From: Chloroflexota bacterium
GTDB taxonomy: Bacteria > Chloroflexota > Dehalococcoidia > JACPPY01
NCBI GenBank assembly: GCA_016190755.1
Contig: JACPPY010000053.1
Span: forward strand, 10,531 to 74,530
DNA: 64,000 nt
Direction of reading: 5' to 3'
Numbering within the stretch: the stretch's first letter is position 1; each line of letters starts with the position of its first letter. Positions 38,183 to 48,730 of this stretch are shown here, piece after piece. The notes beneath the pieces were generated by a model. That model did not search any database, was not told where the DNA came from, and was given only the letters and a program-made list of their open reading frames with translations. The translations under genes and the position numbers were made by a program.

Positions 38183-39484
38183 TTACCGCAGGAAGCCCTC
38201 GTAACGGCGCATGAGCAATTGGGCCTCGATCTGTTTCATCGTATCCAATGCAACGCCCACCATAATGAGGAGGCCCGTACTGGACAGTTGAAGCACGTTT
38301 ATGGAAGTGATCTGCTGGGCCAGGTACGGCACAATAGCTACAAACGCCAGGAACAAGGCCCCGCCTACCGTGAGGCGGGTAATCACCCGGTTCAGGTAGT
38401 CAGCCGTGGATTGCCCCGGCCTAATTCCTGGTACAAACCCGCCCTGCTGCTGCAGCACTTTGGCCAGATTTTGTTGCTGGAAGATAATCATGGTGTAGAA
38501 GAACGTGAACCCTACCACCAGCAGGAAGTACAGAACCCAGTACAAAGGCCTCGTAGTGTCGAACAAGTCTCTTACAGTGTTGGCAAAGTTGGGCTCTGCG
38601 CCCGTCGGAGCAGCGAACCAACTGGCGATCTGGCCCGGGAATAATAGTATCGACATGGCAAAGATAAGCGGGATCATGCCCGCCATGTTTACCCGCAACG
38701 GGATATGCGTAGTTCCTGTTTGCCGATACATCCTTGTGCCACGCATTTGCGCCCTGGCGTACTGCACCGGTATGCGCCGGTGCGCCTCGGTAAACGCAAC
38801 TATCAATGCAGTCAATAGCACAGCGATTATCACGAATACGACCAGACCTCCCAGGTTCTGCCTGGCGACGAAACCCCTGCCAATCAGGTCCAGGAAGCCG
38901 GCCACTATGTTGCCGAAGATAATTATGGATATGCCATTACCGATGCCACGCTCGGTTATCAGTTCGCCCAACCACACCAAAAACATGGTGCCCGCGGTCA
39001 TAGTCATGACCGTAGCTACAGTGCCCAACGCGCCCGTGGATAACACGACACCCTCGGATCGGAACAGGGTCAATTGCGCGTACCCTTGAAGCGCCGCCAA
39101 TGGGACCGTGAGCCAGTGTGTTATCTGGTTGACCTTCTGCCTGCCTGATTCCCCTTCCTGTGCCATTGCCTGCAGCTTGGGGATAACCGGCACCAGCAAC
39201 TGCATCACGATGGAAGCCGTAATGTAGGGGTAGACACCCATGGCGGCCACGCTGAAGTTTCTAAGCGCCCCACCACTGAACAGGTCCAGCATCCCGAGTA
39301 GAGCACTCCGGTCAAAGAACTGCCGGAGCGCCTCCAGGTCGACTCCCGGAACGGGTACATGCGCGACGAAGCGGAAAACCACCAATATCGCGAACGTAAA
39401 GATAAGCCTCCCCCTAAGATCAGGGAGGCTGAATGCGTCTACTAACGCCTGGATTGGTCTGGGTCTTGCTTCTCTCTGCCTCAT
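38183..39484 (-). CDS. secY: preprotein translocase subunit SecY
   Basis: 433 aa, 10 TM segments. GVYPYITASIVMQLL .. GNGISIIIF. Confidence 0.95.
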   Translation of the reverse strand: MRQREARPRPIQALVDAFSLPDLRGRLIFTFAILVVFRFVAHVPVPGVDLEALRQFFDRSALLGMLDLFSGGALRNFSVAAMGVYPYITASIVMQLLVPVIPKLQAMAQEGESGRQKVNQITHWLTVPLAALQGYAQLTLFRSEGVVLSTGALGTVATVMTMTAGTMFLVWLGELITERGIGNGISIIIFGNIVAGFLDLIGRGFVARQNLGGLVVFVIIAVLLTALIVAFTEAHRRIPVQYARAQMRGTRMYRQTGTTHIPLRVNMAGMIPLIFAMSILLFPGQIASWFAAPTGAEPNFANTVRDLFDTTRPLYWVLYFLLVVGFTFFYTMIIFQQQNLAKVLQQQGGFVPGIRPGQSTADYLNRVITRLTVGGALFLAFVAIVPYLAQQITSINVLQLSSTGLLIMVGVALDTMKQIEAQLLMRRYEGFLR

Positions 39485-39930
39485 CCTTCGAGTTTGTTAA
39501 CCTTTCCGCCGGCACCTGCTATCTTCTGTTCGGCAGAGGATGAAAAGCGATGTGCGCTTATCGTCAGCGCATGAGCAATCTCCCCACCGCCGAGGACTTT
39601 GATCGGATTCCTCAAGTTATCGATAAGGCCTGCTTCGAGCATGACCTCGGGCGTGACTTCCGACTGCGCGGGAAACTGGCTCAGTCTTCCTACATTCACT
39701 ACGCTATATTCCTTGCGGAATATATTGACGAACCCTCCCAACTGAGGGAGGCGTTTTACTATCGGCAGTTGGCCACCTTCAAAACCGGGTTTAAACGGTT
39801 TCCCCGAGCGTGCCTGCTGTCCTTTGCAACCGGCAGTCGAATAGCTGCCATGCCCGCTTCCGTCTCCCCTGCCGACTCTTTTCCTTTTATGTCTTGCCCC
39901 TTTGACAGGCGCTATCTGGTTCTGTCTCAT
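39481..39930 (-). CDS. rplO: 50S ribosomal protein uL15
   Basis: 149 aa. GRGDGSGHGSYSTAGCKGQQARSG. Overlaps secY by 4 nt. Confidence 0.95.
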   Translation of the reverse strand: MRQNQIAPVKGARHKRKRVGRGDGSGHGSYSTAGCKGQQARSGKPFKPGFEGGQLPIVKRLPQLGGFVNIFRKEYSVVNVGRLSQFPAQSEVTPEVMLEAGLIDNLRNPIKVLGGGEIAHALTISAHRFSSSAEQKIAGAGGKVNKLEG

Positions 39931-40130
39931 TGAACTACCTCAACCTGTACCAGGTGTCTCACCTTTTGCAGCATGCCTCGCACAATCGGAGAATCCTCTC
40001 GTTCCACCGTCTGCTGCATGCGTCTCAGGCCCAGCGACTGGAGCGTAGCACGCTGGTCCCGACTGTAGCCTATGGTGCTCTTCGTCCAGCTGATGCGAAG
40101 CTTACTCACCGGACTCTCCCTTGCTGGCAA
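39927..40130 (-). CDS. rpmD: 50S ribosomal protein uL30
   Basis: [29 protein letters not shown]. The ORF-track start is TTG 40130. GTG 40109 would give a more typical 60-aa protein. Confidence 0.9.
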   Translation of the reverse strand: MPARESPVSKLRISWTKSTIGYSRDQRATLQSLGLRRMQQTVEREDSPIVRGMLQKVRHLVQVEVVQ

Positions 40131-40632
40131 CCTCAGAGCCCTTACGGACAGCCAGCAGCTCTTCCGGCAACTTCAGACTGCCCAACGCATGCAGCGTGGC
40201 CCGGACCACATTGATCGGTGTGTTCGAGCCAAGAGACTTGCTCAATATGTCCCGGACGCCGGCGGCTTCCAGCACCGAACGCACACTGCCGCCGGCTATC
40301 ACGCCAGTGCCTCGTGCGGCCGGTCTCAGCAGGACCCGCGAAGATTCATATGTTCCAGTAACAGCAAACGGTATCGTGCCGTCGTTCAAGGGCACAGTCA
40401 GGAGGTTCCGGCGCGCTGCGGCGCCAGCCTTCCTTATGGCCTCAGGCACTTCTCGGGCTTTGCCAATATCTGCTCCCACCTTCCCGTGTCCATCGCCAAC
40501 GACGACCAGAGCGCTGAAGCTCAGCCGCTTGCCACCCTTCACAACCTTGGTCACACGGCGTATTTGCACCAGCTTTTCGTTAAGCCCCGACTCGCCGTCG
40601 TCTCCTGATCTCTGGATTCTAGTCCTCTCCAT
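40102..40632 (-). CDS. rpsE: 30S ribosomal protein uS5
   Basis: 176 aa. [37 protein letters not shown]. Confidence 0.95.
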   Translation of the reverse strand: MERTRIQRSGDDGESGLNEKLVQIRRVTKVVKGGKRLSFSALVVVGDGHGKVGADIGKAREVPEAIRKAGAAARRNLLTVPLNDGTIPFAVTGTYESSRVLLRPAARGTGVIAGGSVRSVLEAAGVRDILSKSLGSNTPINVVRATLHALGSLKLPEELLAVRKGSEVASKGESGE

Positions 40633-40664
40633 AAAACCAAATCACCTGCACTATTTCGTCCGGC

Positions 40665-41033
40665 TCAGAACTTGAGCCCGGCCTTTCGCGCCGCATCGGC
40701 CAGAGCGGCAATTCGTCCGTGATACATGTATCCACCCCGGTCGAATACGACCTCTTTTATGCCCTTTCCCTTTGCATGCTGCCCCAGCAATGAGCCAATA
40801 AGCGTGGCCTCTTCAGCCTTTTTTAACCCGTTCTTCTTCGCTTCCTTAAACGCCGAGGCTAAGGTGGATACGGCCACCAGGGTATTACCGGCCTCATCAT
40901 CTATCAACTGGGCATAGATGTGGTTCAGGCTTCGAAACACGCTCAGGCGCGGCCTCGCGTTCGTGCCGATGACCTTTGCGCGTATCCGAGCGTGACGGCG
41001 TTTTCTCAGTTTTCTTGCATCAAGTTTAGCCAT
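40665..41033 (-). CDS. rplR: 50S ribosomal protein uL18
   Basis: 122 aa. [36 protein letters not shown]. Confidence 0.95.
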   Translation of the reverse strand: MAKLDARKLRKRRHARIRAKVIGTNARPRLSVFRSLNHIYAQLIDDEAGNTLVAVSTLASAFKEAKKNGLKKAEEATLIGSLLGQHAKGKGIKEVVFDRGGYMYHGRIAALADAARKAGLKF

Positions 41034-41036
41034 ACT

Positions 41037-41588
41037 TTACTTCTTCACAGCTGCCTTACCAGCCTTACCGGCCTTCAAATGTACTCGCTCCCCGGCGTAT
41101 CTGATACCTTTGCCCTTATACTTGTCGCGCAGTCGCAGCGCCCGAATTCTAGCAGCGATCTCGCCGACCAGTTCTTTGTCTATTCCCTGAACCTTTATGC
41201 GGTTCGTGCCCTCCACTGCCAGGGTTATACCCTTGGGCGGCGAAAAAGTGACCGGGTGAGAGAAGCCCAACTGCATGGCGATATCCTCGCCAGACTTCTG
41301 GACACGATAGCCAACGCCCGTGATCTCCAGCCCTTTTTCGAATCCCTTTGTCACGCCATCAACCATGTTGGCCAGCAGGGCACGCGACAAGCCATGCAAC
41401 TCCCGGTGCAGCTTGGTTTGCCCTTCCGGCTCCACAACTGCCTTGCCTCCATCAACCTTAACTAGCACCTCCGGGCGGAACAGCCTTTTCAGTTCCCCTT
41501 TCGGCCCTTTGACCGTGACTTCGTTCCCAGCGACGCTTACCGTCACGCCGGATGGGATTCCTACTGGAAGTCTTCCGATTCTAGACAT
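41037..41588 (-). CDS. rplF: 50S ribosomal protein uL6
   Basis: 183 aa. MSRIGRLPVGIPSGVTV..GVGYRV. Confidence 0.95.
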   Translation of the reverse strand: MSRIGRLPVGIPSGVTVSVAGNEVTVKGPKGELKRLFRPEVLVKVDGGKAVVEPEGQTKLHRELHGLSRALLANMVDGVTKGFEKGLEITGVGYRVQKSGEDIAMQLGFSHPVTFSPPKGITLAVEGTNRIKVQGIDKELVGEIAARIRALRLRDKYKGKGIRYAGERVHLKAGKAGKAAVKK

Positions 41589-41606
41589 GCTTCACTCTCT
41601 AGTACT

Positions 41607-41999
41607 TCACCAGACGTAGCACAACAGCTCGCCGCCGACGTTCTGTCGCCAGCACTCTTTTCCTGTCATGACGCCTTTGTTAGTGGACACTATGGCGATT
41701 CCTGCGCCGCCGTACACTCGAGGGATTTCCCTTCGCCGCAAGTATACTCGCAGCCCAGGCTTGCTCACCCTTTTCAAGCCCATGATTACAGGCTGTTTCT
41801 GTATGTACTTCAGATGCACTTTGATCATCCGCTGAGGCCGCCCCTTCAGCACCTCAAAGTCAGTGATGAACCCTTCGACTTTAAGTATCTTGGCAATGGC
41901 CAGCTTCTCCTTCGACAGTGGCAAGAGGACAAAGTCATGGCGCGCCATGATGCCATTGCGTATTCTAGTAAGCATATCTGATACAGGATCGGTAACCAT
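41607..41999 (-). CDS. rpsH: 30S ribosomal protein uS8
   Basis: [16 protein letters not shown].. from ATG 41999. The ORF-track start 42119 would run through rpsZ. Confidence 0.95.
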   Translation of the reverse strand: MVTDPVSDMLTRIRNGIMARHDFVLLPLSKEKLAIAKILKVEGFITDFEVLKGRPQRMIKVHLKYIQKQPVIMGLKRVSKPGLRVYLRRREIPRVYGGAGIAIVSTNKGVMTGKECWRQNVGGELLCYVW

Positions 42000-42010
42000 C
42001 ACCGGTACAC

Positions 42011-42196
42011 CTACCAACTTGATTTCCTCACACCTGGGATTTTCCCAGTTAATGCCAATTGCCTGAAGCATATGCGGCATATGCCGAACTTCCGTATGTA
42101 ACCACGGGGTCGACCGCACAGACGGCAGCGGCTGTGTTGCTGTACTTTGAACTTGGGAGGTCGTTGAGACTTTACTATGTTAGACTGTTTCGCCAT
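42011..42196 (-). CDS. rpsZ: 30S ribosomal protein uS14, type Z (zinc-binding)
   Basis: 61 aa. [22 protein letters not shown] (CxxC..CxxC). Confidence 0.95.
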   Translation of the reverse strand: MAKQSNIVKSQRPPKFKVQQHSRCRLCGRPRGYIRKFGICRICFRQLALTGKIPGVRKSSW

Positions 42197-42214
42197 AAGT
42201 GACTTCCGCCCTTT

Positions 42215-42772
42215 TTACGATGCCTTACTGAATGGCATACCCAGGAGTTCCAGGAGCCGAGCAGCCTCTTCATCATTCCGTGCTGAGGTCGCGATCGTGA
42301 TCTCCAGTCCCCTTATCTTGTCTACTTTGTCGTACTCGATCTCCGGAAATATTATTTGTTCCTTGAGTCCCATGTTGTAATTGCCACGACCGTCAAACGA
42401 GGTACGCGATGTACCCTGGAAGTCGCGTATGCGCGGCAGCACTGCGTTGAATAGTTTGTCCAGGAAGAAGTACATCCGCAGGTCACGCATAGTTACTGCC
42501 AGCCCGATGGGCATGCCCTTCCTGAGCTTGAAGTTGGCTATCGACTTCTTCGACCGCGTCACTACAGGGTGTTGTCCCGTCACTGTAGCAACATCCTGCT
42601 CAGCGGACTCAAGCGCCTTCGGATTCGACGTGGCCTCGCCCAGCCCGATATTGACAACCACCTTTTGCAGGTGAGGTACCTGCATGACGCTCTGGTACTT
42701 GAACTCCTTCATCATCTGAGGTACGACTTCCTTGAGGTACCTCTCCTTTAGCCTTGGCAAATTCTTGGCCAT
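42215..42772 (-). CDS. rplE: 50S ribosomal protein uL5
   Basis: [18 protein letters not shown].. from ATG 42772, 1 nt after the rplX stop. The ORF track opens at TTG 42781. Confidence 0.95.
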   Translation of the reverse strand: MAKNLPRLKERYLKEVVPQMMKEFKYQSVMQVPHLQKVVVNIGLGEATSNPKALESAEQDVATVTGQHPVVTRSKKSIANFKLRKGMPIGLAVTMRDLRMYFFLDKLFNAVLPRIRDFQGTSRTSFDGRGNYNMGLKEQIIFPEIEYDKVDKIRGLEITIATSARNDEEAARLLELLGMPFSKAS

Positions 42773-42773
42773 G

Positions 42774-43085
42774 CTACTCAATCACCTCATTACACGCGCG
42801 GCACACTCTGACCTTCCTGCCGTCTTCCAGCAGGCGCATGCCAACGCGCGCAGGCCTGTTGCATTTATTGCACACGAACATAACATTCGACGCGTGTATA
42901 GGCGCTTCCCTTTCAATGATGCCAGCTTGACGTGCCCCTTTTACGGCACGTGAGTGGCGCTTCACCATGTTCACGCCTTCCACCACTATCTTCTGTGTCT
43001 TCGGATAAGCAAATCGGACTTTGCCCTTCTTACCCTTATCCTTGCCCACCGCCACCAGCACTGTATCACTCTTCCTGATTTTCAT
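42774..43085 (-). CDS. rplX: 50S ribosomal protein uL24
   Basis: 103 aa. [23 protein letters not shown] (KOW motif). Confidence 0.95.
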   Translation of the reverse strand: MKIRKSDTVLVAVGKDKGKKGKVRFAYPKTQKIVVEGVNMVKRHSRAVKGARQAGIIEREAPIHASNVMFVCNKCNRPARVGMRLLEDGRKVRVCRACNEVIE

Positions 43086-43122
43086 CTAGCAGCCTCTGGC
43101 CTTAACCGACATCATTTGATTC

Positions 43123-43491
43123 TTACAGGACTTCAGGAGCCAGAGAAACTATCTTCATGAAGTTCTTATCTCTTAGTTCTCTGGCCACAGGACCAAATAT
43201 ACGCGTGCCCTTCGGGTTGTTCCTCTCACCCAGGATTACGGCAGCATTGTCGTCGAACCTGATATACGTGCCATCATGCCTCTTATAGGATGAAGCAGTA
43301 CGCACAACTACCGCTCGCACCATGTCACCCTTTTTGACTGATCCTCCGGGAATGGCGCGTTTCACACTGGCCACAACGACGTCGCCCAGCCGAGCGTACC
43401 TTCTTTTTGACCCACCCAACACATTGACGCACATTATTTGCTTGGCACCGGTGTTATCGGCTACCTTGAGTCTCGAGTAGTTCTGAATCAT
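43123..43491 (-). CDS. rplN: 50S ribosomal protein uL14
   Basis: 122 aa. [17 protein letters not shown]. Confidence 0.95.
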   Translation of the reverse strand: MIQNYSRLKVADNTGAKQIMCVNVLGGSKRRYARLGDVVVASVKRAIPGGSVKKGDMVRAVVVRTASSYKRHDGTYIRFDDNAAVILGERNNPKGTRIFGPVARELRDKNFMKIVSLAPEVL

Positions 43492-43826
43492 TTTTCTTCA
43501 CCGATGACGCTCCGCGACTCCTGAGAGGCGCCCTGCTCTATTTCCTCTTTGATCTCGCTTGGTTGGATCTCAGCTAGCTCTGCCCTCGTCACTATCTCGG
43601 CCACGCGCCACCGCTTGTCTTTGGACAGTGGCCGTGTCTCGACGATCTTGACCCGGTCCCCAAGCTTGCACTCCTGCTTCTCGTCGTGAGCTTTAAATCT
43701 CCTGACATTCCTCAAAATCTTGTTGTACAGCGGGTGCCGCTGTACGTTTTCCACCGCGACCACCACGGTCTTCTGCATCTTCGTGCTGGTCACAGTACCG
43801 GTCCTGGTCTTCCTTTTTCCGCTCAC
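43488..43826 (-). CDS. rpsQ: 30S ribosomal protein uS17
   Basis: 112 aa. [40 protein letters not shown], plus an acidic C-terminal tail. Confidence 0.95.
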   Translation of the reverse strand: MSGKRKTRTGTVTSTKMQKTVVVAVENVQRHPLYNKILRNVRRFKAHDEKQECKLGDRVKIVETRPLSKDKRWRVAEIVTRAELAEIQPSEIKEEIEQGASQESRSVIGEEK

Positions 43827-43846
43827 GTTAAATATACCTCGGTCCT

Positions 43847-44059
43847 CTAGCTTGCGGCCTGGGAAGTGTTACCCTGCTCGCGCTCCTTCTTCACGGTCAG
43901 GAGCAACGCGACCTTCCGCCTTGTCTTCATTATTTGCGTGTTGTCCGCCAACTGCTTCGTCGCTGCTCGCAGGCGCAGGTTGAACAGCTCTCGCCGGGCC
44001 CCTTCGATCTCCTTGAGCAGGTCAACGTCACTCATGCCTCTTGCTTGCTCTGCCTTCAA
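43847..44059 (-). CDS. rpmC: 50S ribosomal protein uL29
   Basis: 70 aa. [24 protein letters not shown]. Confidence 0.95.
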   Translation of the reverse strand: MKAEQARGMSDVDLLKEIEGARRELFNLRLRAATKQLADNTQIMKTRRKVALLLTVKKEREQGNTSQAAS

Positions 44060-44061
44060 GT

Positions 44062-44478
44062 CTAGACTCCTGTCATCTTGCCAACAAACTTAGCATCAAT
44101 GGGCAACTTGTCGGATGCCAGGCGCAGGGCCTCTTTGGCCATGTCCTCTTTGATCCCGCCTATCTCGAATAGTATTTTGCCCGGCCTGACCACTGACACC
44201 CACTCTTCAGGCGCGCCTTTACCACCGCCCATGCGCGTTTCAGCGGGTTTCTTAGTTATGGGCTTATCAGGGAAAACCCGAATCCACAGCTTCCCACCGC
44301 GACGGAGGAAGCGCACAATAACGCGGCGAGCCGCCTCGATCTGGCGCGCCGTGAGCCACGTGGCTTCAGTCGCCTGCAGCCCGAACTCTCCAAAGACAAC
44401 CGTGTTGCCCGAATGGGCATCACCCTTCCTTCGGCCTCTATGAACTTTGCGGTACTTCACTCGTTTCGGTTGTAGCAC
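44062..44478 (-). CDS. rplP: 50S ribosomal protein uL16
   Basis: 138 aa. [19 protein letters not shown]. The start lies 41 nt inside the rpsC 3' end. Confidence 0.95.
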   Translation of the reverse strand: MLQPKRVKYRKVHRGRRKGDAHSGNTVVFGEFGLQATEATWLTARQIEAARRVIVRFLRRGGKLWIRVFPDKPITKKPAETRMGGGKGAPEEWVSVVRPGKILFEIGGIKEDMAKEALRLASDKLPIDAKFVGKMTGV

Positions 44479-45118
44479 TGGCCTGCCTCTTCTCGGGGAA
44501 CACTTCTCCCTTGTAAATCCACACCTTCACACCGATCCTGCCCATTACTGTTCGGGCTTCGGCGGTGCCGTAATCGATATCGGCGCGCAAGGTGTGTAAG
44601 GGGACCTGCCCCTGGTGTGATGTCTCTTTCCGTGCAATTTCCGCGCCGCCAAGCCTGCCGGCAATCTTGATCTTCACGCCCTTTGCCGCCGCCTGCATGG
44701 TGCGGAACATCGCCTGTTTCATAGCTCTTCGGTAAGCTACGCGGCGTTCCATCTGCTCAGCCACGTTCTTCGCCACCAATGTGGCGTTCAACTCAGGCCG
44801 CTCGACTTCCCGGATGGTCAATCTCACCTTCTTTTTAGTCGCCGCCTCCAGGGCTGTTCGGAGTTCTTCCACCCGCTGCCCACCACGGCCAATAACGATG
44901 CCAGGTCGAGCAGAGAATATCGTCACCAGAACATCGCTCCCTTGTCTATCAATGACAACACGGGATATACCAGCCTCAGAAGCCTTCTCAGTCACCACCC
45001 GCCGGACTACCATATCCTCGTACAGTCGATCGCCAAAGTTCTTGTCGGCGTACCACTTCGCGTCCCACTCACGAGTTACACCCAGCCTGAAGCCGATAGG
45101 GTTAACCTTCTGGCCCAT
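44438..45118 (-). CDS. rpsC: 30S ribosomal protein uS3
   Basis: 226 aa. [15 protein letters not shown] domain..[10 protein letters not shown]. Confidence 0.95.
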   Translation of the reverse strand: MGQKVNPIGFRLGVTREWDAKWYADKNFGDRLYEDMVVRRVVTEKASEAGISRVVIDRQGSDVLVTIFSARPGIVIGRGGQRVEELRTALEAATKKKVRLTIREVERPELNATLVAKNVAEQMERRVAYRRAMKQAMFRTMQAAAKGVKIKIAGRLGGAEIARKETSHQGQVPLHTLRADIDYGTAEARTVMGRIGVKVWIYKGEVFPEKRQASATTETSEVPQSS

Positions 45119-45457
45119 TTATGGTTCCTCCCCAGCTACTATTACGTCGATGTGGCACAACCTTCTCAAAATCGGTGCGATGCGTCCCCTAGCCTGAGGG
45201 CGGAACCGCTTAAGAATATGACCTTTGTTACCTTGTATTCGTACTATCTTCAGGTCCGCCACGGACATCTGGTAGTTGTTCTCAGCATTTGCAGCAGCAG
45301 ATTTTATTGTCTTGGCCACCGCTCTGGCCACGGGTGTGCGCATGAACCTCAGCGTGACAAGCGCATCCTCCACCTTTTTCCCCCGGACCAACTCGGCGAT
45401 CATCGCTACCTTCTGCGGTGATACTATTTCATCTTTGCTTACGGCTCTTACTTCCAT
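45119..45457 (-). CDS. rplV: 50S ribosomal protein uL22
   Basis: 112 aa. Abuts rpsC. KTIKSAAANAENN..RFRPQARGRIAPI. Confidence 0.95.
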   Translation of the reverse strand: MEVRAVSKDEIVSPQKVAMIAELVRGKKVEDALVTLRFMRTPVARAVAKTIKSAAANAENNYQMSVADLKIVRIQGNKGHILKRFRPQARGRIAPILRRLCHIDVIVAGEEP

Positions 45458-45477
45458 AGCTGTACCTTGACGCTCTT

Positions 45478-45789
45478 CTATTTGGCTGCTGGCGCTGCAG
45501 GTGCTGCGGGTGCGGCCGCCGCCGCCTGGACCCTGGCCACATGGCCTCGGAACAACCTTGTGGGGGCAAACTCGCCCATCCGGTGTCCCACCATATTCTC
45601 CGTAACGAAGACCGCCACATGCCTCCTGCCGTCATAAACACCTATCGTCATACCGATCATTTGAGGCATCACGACACTGGAGCGAGACCACGTCTTGATC
45701 ACAGTCGTTTGACCGGACCGGCGTGCGGCCTCCACCTTCTCCAGCAACTTTTTTTCTATGAACGGACCTTTCCTAGCAGACCTCGACAT
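45478..45789 (-). CDS. rpsS: 30S ribosomal protein uS19
   Basis: 103 aa. [27 protein letters not shown], plus an Ala/Pro-rich tail. Confidence 0.95.
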   Translation of the reverse strand: MSRSARKGPFIEKKLLEKVEAARRSGQTTVIKTWSRSSVVMPQMIGMTIGVYDGRRHVAVFVTENMVGHRMGEFAPTRLFRGHVARVQAAAAAPAAPAAPAAK

Positions 45790-45805
45790 CTACTTGCACT
45801 CCTGC

Positions 45806-46639
45806 CTATACCTGATTCCGCCGGCGGACGATAAACTTGTCCGACGCTCTACGTCCTCGCCTGGTCTTGTAGCCCAAAGCTGGCTTGCCCCAGGGGGTCT
45901 TCGGCGGCATTCCACGAGGGTTCCTACCTTCACCGCCTCCATGTGGGTGGTCTCTCGGAGTGGTCGCCGCACCACGGACTGCTGGACGGATGCCCTTCAG
46001 CCTTCTGCGCCCGGCCTTACCAAGCTGCACATTCTGGTGATCAATATTGCCCACCTGCCCGATAGTCGCCATGCAGTTTCCACGGAATCGCCTTACCTCG
46101 CCTGATGGCAACCGTATCAAAACATACTTGTCTTCACGTCCCATCACCTGTGCGGCGCCGCCCGCGCTGCGTACGATCTGGGCGCCTTTTCCCGGCTCCA
46201 GTTCCAGGTTATGGACCATGCTGCCGACCGGCATAGACTGCAGAGGCAAGGCATTGCCCACCTTGATTTCGGCATTGGCGCCACTCATAACAGTGTCGCC
46301 CACGTTCAGACCCTGGGGAGCGATGATGTACCTCTTCTCTCCGTCGGCGTAGCTTATCAGGGCTATGCGAGCCGAGCGGTTGGGATCATACTCCAGGGCT
46401 GTTACCTGCCCCGGTATGCCCGCTTTGTCCCGCTTGAAGTCGATGTTTCGCAGCATGCGCTTTACGCCGCCGCCGCGATGGCGGACCGTTATCATTCCCG
46501 AGTTGTTGCGCCCTGCCATCGACTTATGTCGCGTAATAAGCGACTTCTCTGGCTCTTTTTTCTTCGTCAGGCCTTCCAAGGTCAACGAAACCTGATGCCT
46601 CAAGCCCGGCGAAGTTGGCCTATATGTCTTCAACGCCAA
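45806..46639 (-). CDS. rplB: 50S ribosomal protein uL2
   Basis: 277 aa. [30 protein letters not shown] start with AGAGGTG upstream. Confidence 0.95.
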   Translation of the reverse strand: MALKTYRPTSPGLRHQVSLTLEGLTKKKEPEKSLITRHKSMAGRNNSGMITVRHRGGGVKRMLRNIDFKRDKAGIPGQVTALEYDPNRSARIALISYADGEKRYIIAPQGLNVGDTVMSGANAEIKVGNALPLQSMPVGSMVHNLELEPGKGAQIVRSAGGAAQVMGREDKYVLIRLPSGEVRRFRGNCMATIGQVGNIDHQNVQLGKAGRRRLKGIRPAVRGAATTPRDHPHGGGEGRNPRGMPPKTPWGKPALGYKTRRGRRASDKFIVRRRNQV

Positions 46640-46666
46640 GTCAATTCACCTCTGTCTCAGGGGCTG

Positions 46667-46762
46667 CTACTTATGCCTACGTTGCCAACGAGACGCCTTA
46701 AGGAGCTTCCTGTACTTATGTCTGCTCATCTTCTTGCGTCGCTTTTTGATTACCGACCCCAT
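46667..46762 (-). CDS. 31-aa highly basic protein resembling actinobacterial ribosomal protein bS22 (AURKAIP1/COX24-like), below the ORF-track cutoff
   Basis: Hand translation gives [31 protein letters not shown]. It fills an otherwise unexplained 126-nt rplW-rplB gap. The ATG lies 3 nt after the rplW stop, and its stop lies 27 nt before the rplB start. Closely matches my recollection of the M. smegmatis bS22 sequence ([21 protein letters not shown]..). Confidence 0.7.
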   Translation of the reverse strand: [31 protein letters not shown]

Positions 46763-46765
46763 AGG

Positions 46766-47050
46766 TTATATGCCCTCGAAGAATTCAATTTTATTTCCAG
46801 GAACCAGGCTTACGACCGCTTTTTTCAAGGTTGGGGTTATCATGCGCCGGCCGCCAAAACGCTTCATCTTGCCCGGCCGGTTGATCATCTGCACCTTGTC
46901 AACCTTAACATTGAACGCCAGTTCAACGGCTAGCTTCACCTGAGACCTGTTGGCGTTCTCGTCAACCTCGAACACGTACTTACCCTGCTCCTTAAGCGCA
47001 GTGGCTTTCTCTGTAATAAGAGGACGTTTGATAACGTTCCACGTGTTCAT
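46766..47050 (-). CDS. rplW: 50S ribosomal protein uL23
   Basis: 94 aa. VIKRPLITEKA..YVFEVD..ANRSQVKLAVE. Confidence 0.95.
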   Translation of the reverse strand: MNTWNVIKRPLITEKATALKEQGKYVFEVDENANRSQVKLAVELAFNVKVDKVQMINRPGKMKRFGGRRMITPTLKKAVVSLVPGNKIEFFEGI

Positions 47051-47796
47051 TCCGGTTTGCTCCTGGTACTCGCCCTCTTCCTTGGTTTCTTTTCGGCGAC
47101 CGTTGCTTCCTCAACCTGCTTCTTCGATTCCTCTTGTTTCTCGGGTTCTTCCTGCTTCTGAGCCTCCGTTTTCTTGGGCTGCCACAGGGCTTCCGCCTTG
47201 CGTACCGCATCAACCGTCATGAGCACGCTGCGATGGCGCAGCAGATCAAGGACATTTAGTAGCGCAGCAGGGGTCGTTTTAACGCCAGGAATATTCCGCG
47301 CCGCCTGAATGACGACGGGGTCTACCTCCGCCGTGGCAACCAGAACAGTGCCGTTGCTTCCCAGGTTTTCCAGGACATGCGCCAGCTCTTTGGTCTTGCC
47401 ATTCTCCAGGCTCAGGCCCTGCAAAATCTTGAGCTCCCCATCGGCGATCTTGGAAGACAGCGCACAGCGGATAGCAAGACGCCGCATCTTCTTTGGCATG
47501 GCTTGCCGGTAGCTTCTGGGGTGCGGGCCGAAAGCTACGGCTCCACCTTTCAGCGTTGGCGATGTTATATCGCCTCTCCGGGCGCGGCCCGTATGCTTTT
47601 GTTGGTAGAGCTTCTTGCCACTGCCCGAAACGGTGCTGCGCGTCTTCGTGTCATGCATACCCAGACGGCGATTGGCCAACTGTCTTACCATTGCCTGGTG
47701 GACAACGCCCTCTCGCCACCCGACTCCAAACACGTCATCGCTGATTTCGATCTTATCAGCGACTTCTCCCGCTGTGTTATATACAGCGACCTGCAC
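47047..47796 (-). CDS. rplD: 50S ribosomal protein uL4
   Basis: 249 aa. QKHTGRARRGDITSPTLKGGAVAFGP, plus a Lys/Glu-rich C-terminal extension of about 45 aa. Confidence 0.95.
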   Translation of the reverse strand: MQVAVYNTAGEVADKIEISDDVFGVGWREGVVHQAMVRQLANRRLGMHDTKTRSTVSGSGKKLYQQKHTGRARRGDITSPTLKGGAVAFGPHPRSYRQAMPKKMRRLAIRCALSSKIADGELKILQGLSLENGKTKELAHVLENLGSNGTVLVATAEVDPVVIQAARNIPGVKTTPAALLNVLDLLRHRSVLMTVDAVRKAEALWQPKKTEAQKQEEPEKQEESKKQVEEATVAEKKPRKRASTRSKPE

Positions 47797-47801
47797 TTTA
47801 A

Positions 47802-48425
47802 CTACTTCCTTCTTCCAGCCTTATTGATGATGAGCAGTCCGCGCTCCGGTCCTGGCACTGCACCCTTGATGAGCAAGAGGTTACGGGCCGGGTCGGCTTC
47901 CACAATCTCGATATCGCGTACGGTAATCTGTGCGTTGCCCAGGTGGCCAGCCATGCGCTGGCCTTTTAGCACACGCCCAGGCGTAGTAGTGGAACCTATT
48001 GCTCCCGGAGCCCTTTGCCTGTCCGATTGGCCGTGAGTTTTCGGCCCGCCATGGAAATGATATCGCCTTACGCCGCCAGCGAAACCTCGCCCCTTCGATG
48101 TACCGGTGATATCCACTCTTTCACCCTTGGCAAATATGCTCGCGTCAACCTTCTGCCCCACTTCGACTTTCGAGGGATCAGCGACCGTCACCTCGCGCAT
48201 GTACTTCACATTGCCCAACTTGCCCAGGTGTCCGGCTACAGGCTGTTTCAATCGCTTGGCATGGTCGAACCCAATCTGGATCGAGTCATAGCCATCCTTG
48301 GCTACTGTTTTCACCTGCGTTATGGTACATGGCCCAGCTTCAATAGCCGTTACGGCCACGAAGCTGCCGTCAGGTTGAAACACCTGTGTCATGCCCAGTT
48401 TTTTGCCCAGTATCCCGTTAATCAT
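47802..48425 (-). CDS. rplC: 50S ribosomal protein uL3
   Basis: 207 aa. [29 protein letters not shown]. Confidence 0.95.
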   Translation of the reverse strand: MINGILGKKLGMTQVFQPDGSFVAVTAIEAGPCTITQVKTVAKDGYDSIQIGFDHAKRLKQPVAGHLGKLGNVKYMREVTVADPSKVEVGQKVDASIFAKGERVDITGTSKGRGFAGGVRRYHFHGGPKTHGQSDRQRAPGAIGSTTTPGRVLKGQRMAGHLGNAQITVRDIEIVEADPARNLLLIKGAVPGPERGLLIINKAGRRK

Positions 48426-48730
48426 AGCTTGATATCTATCTGAACCCCGGAGGGCAACTGTAGTTGCGTCAGGGCATCTATCGTCTTGGGAGTCGGTTCC
48501 AGTATATCTATCAATCTCTTGTGCGTGCGAATCTCGAACTGCTCCCGCGAATCCTTATCGATGTTCGTCGACCGGTTGACACAGAACTTCTGGATGTGGG
48601 TCGGTAGAGGCACTGGTCCGACGACTACAGCGCCGGTCCGCTCGGCAGCCTCTACTATCTGCACTCCAGCCTGATCCGCTATTCTGTGATCGAAGCTCTT
48701 TAACTTAATGCGTACTTTTTGCCGTGGCAT
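48422..48730 (-). CDS. rpsJ: 30S ribosomal protein uS10
   Basis: 102 aa. [22 protein letters not shown]. Confidence 0.95.
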   Translation of the reverse strand: MPRQKVRIKLKSFDHRIADQAGVQIVEAAERTGAVVVGPVPLPTHIQKFCVNRSTNIDKDSREQFEIRTHKRLIDILEPTPKTIDALTQLQLPSGVQIDIKL

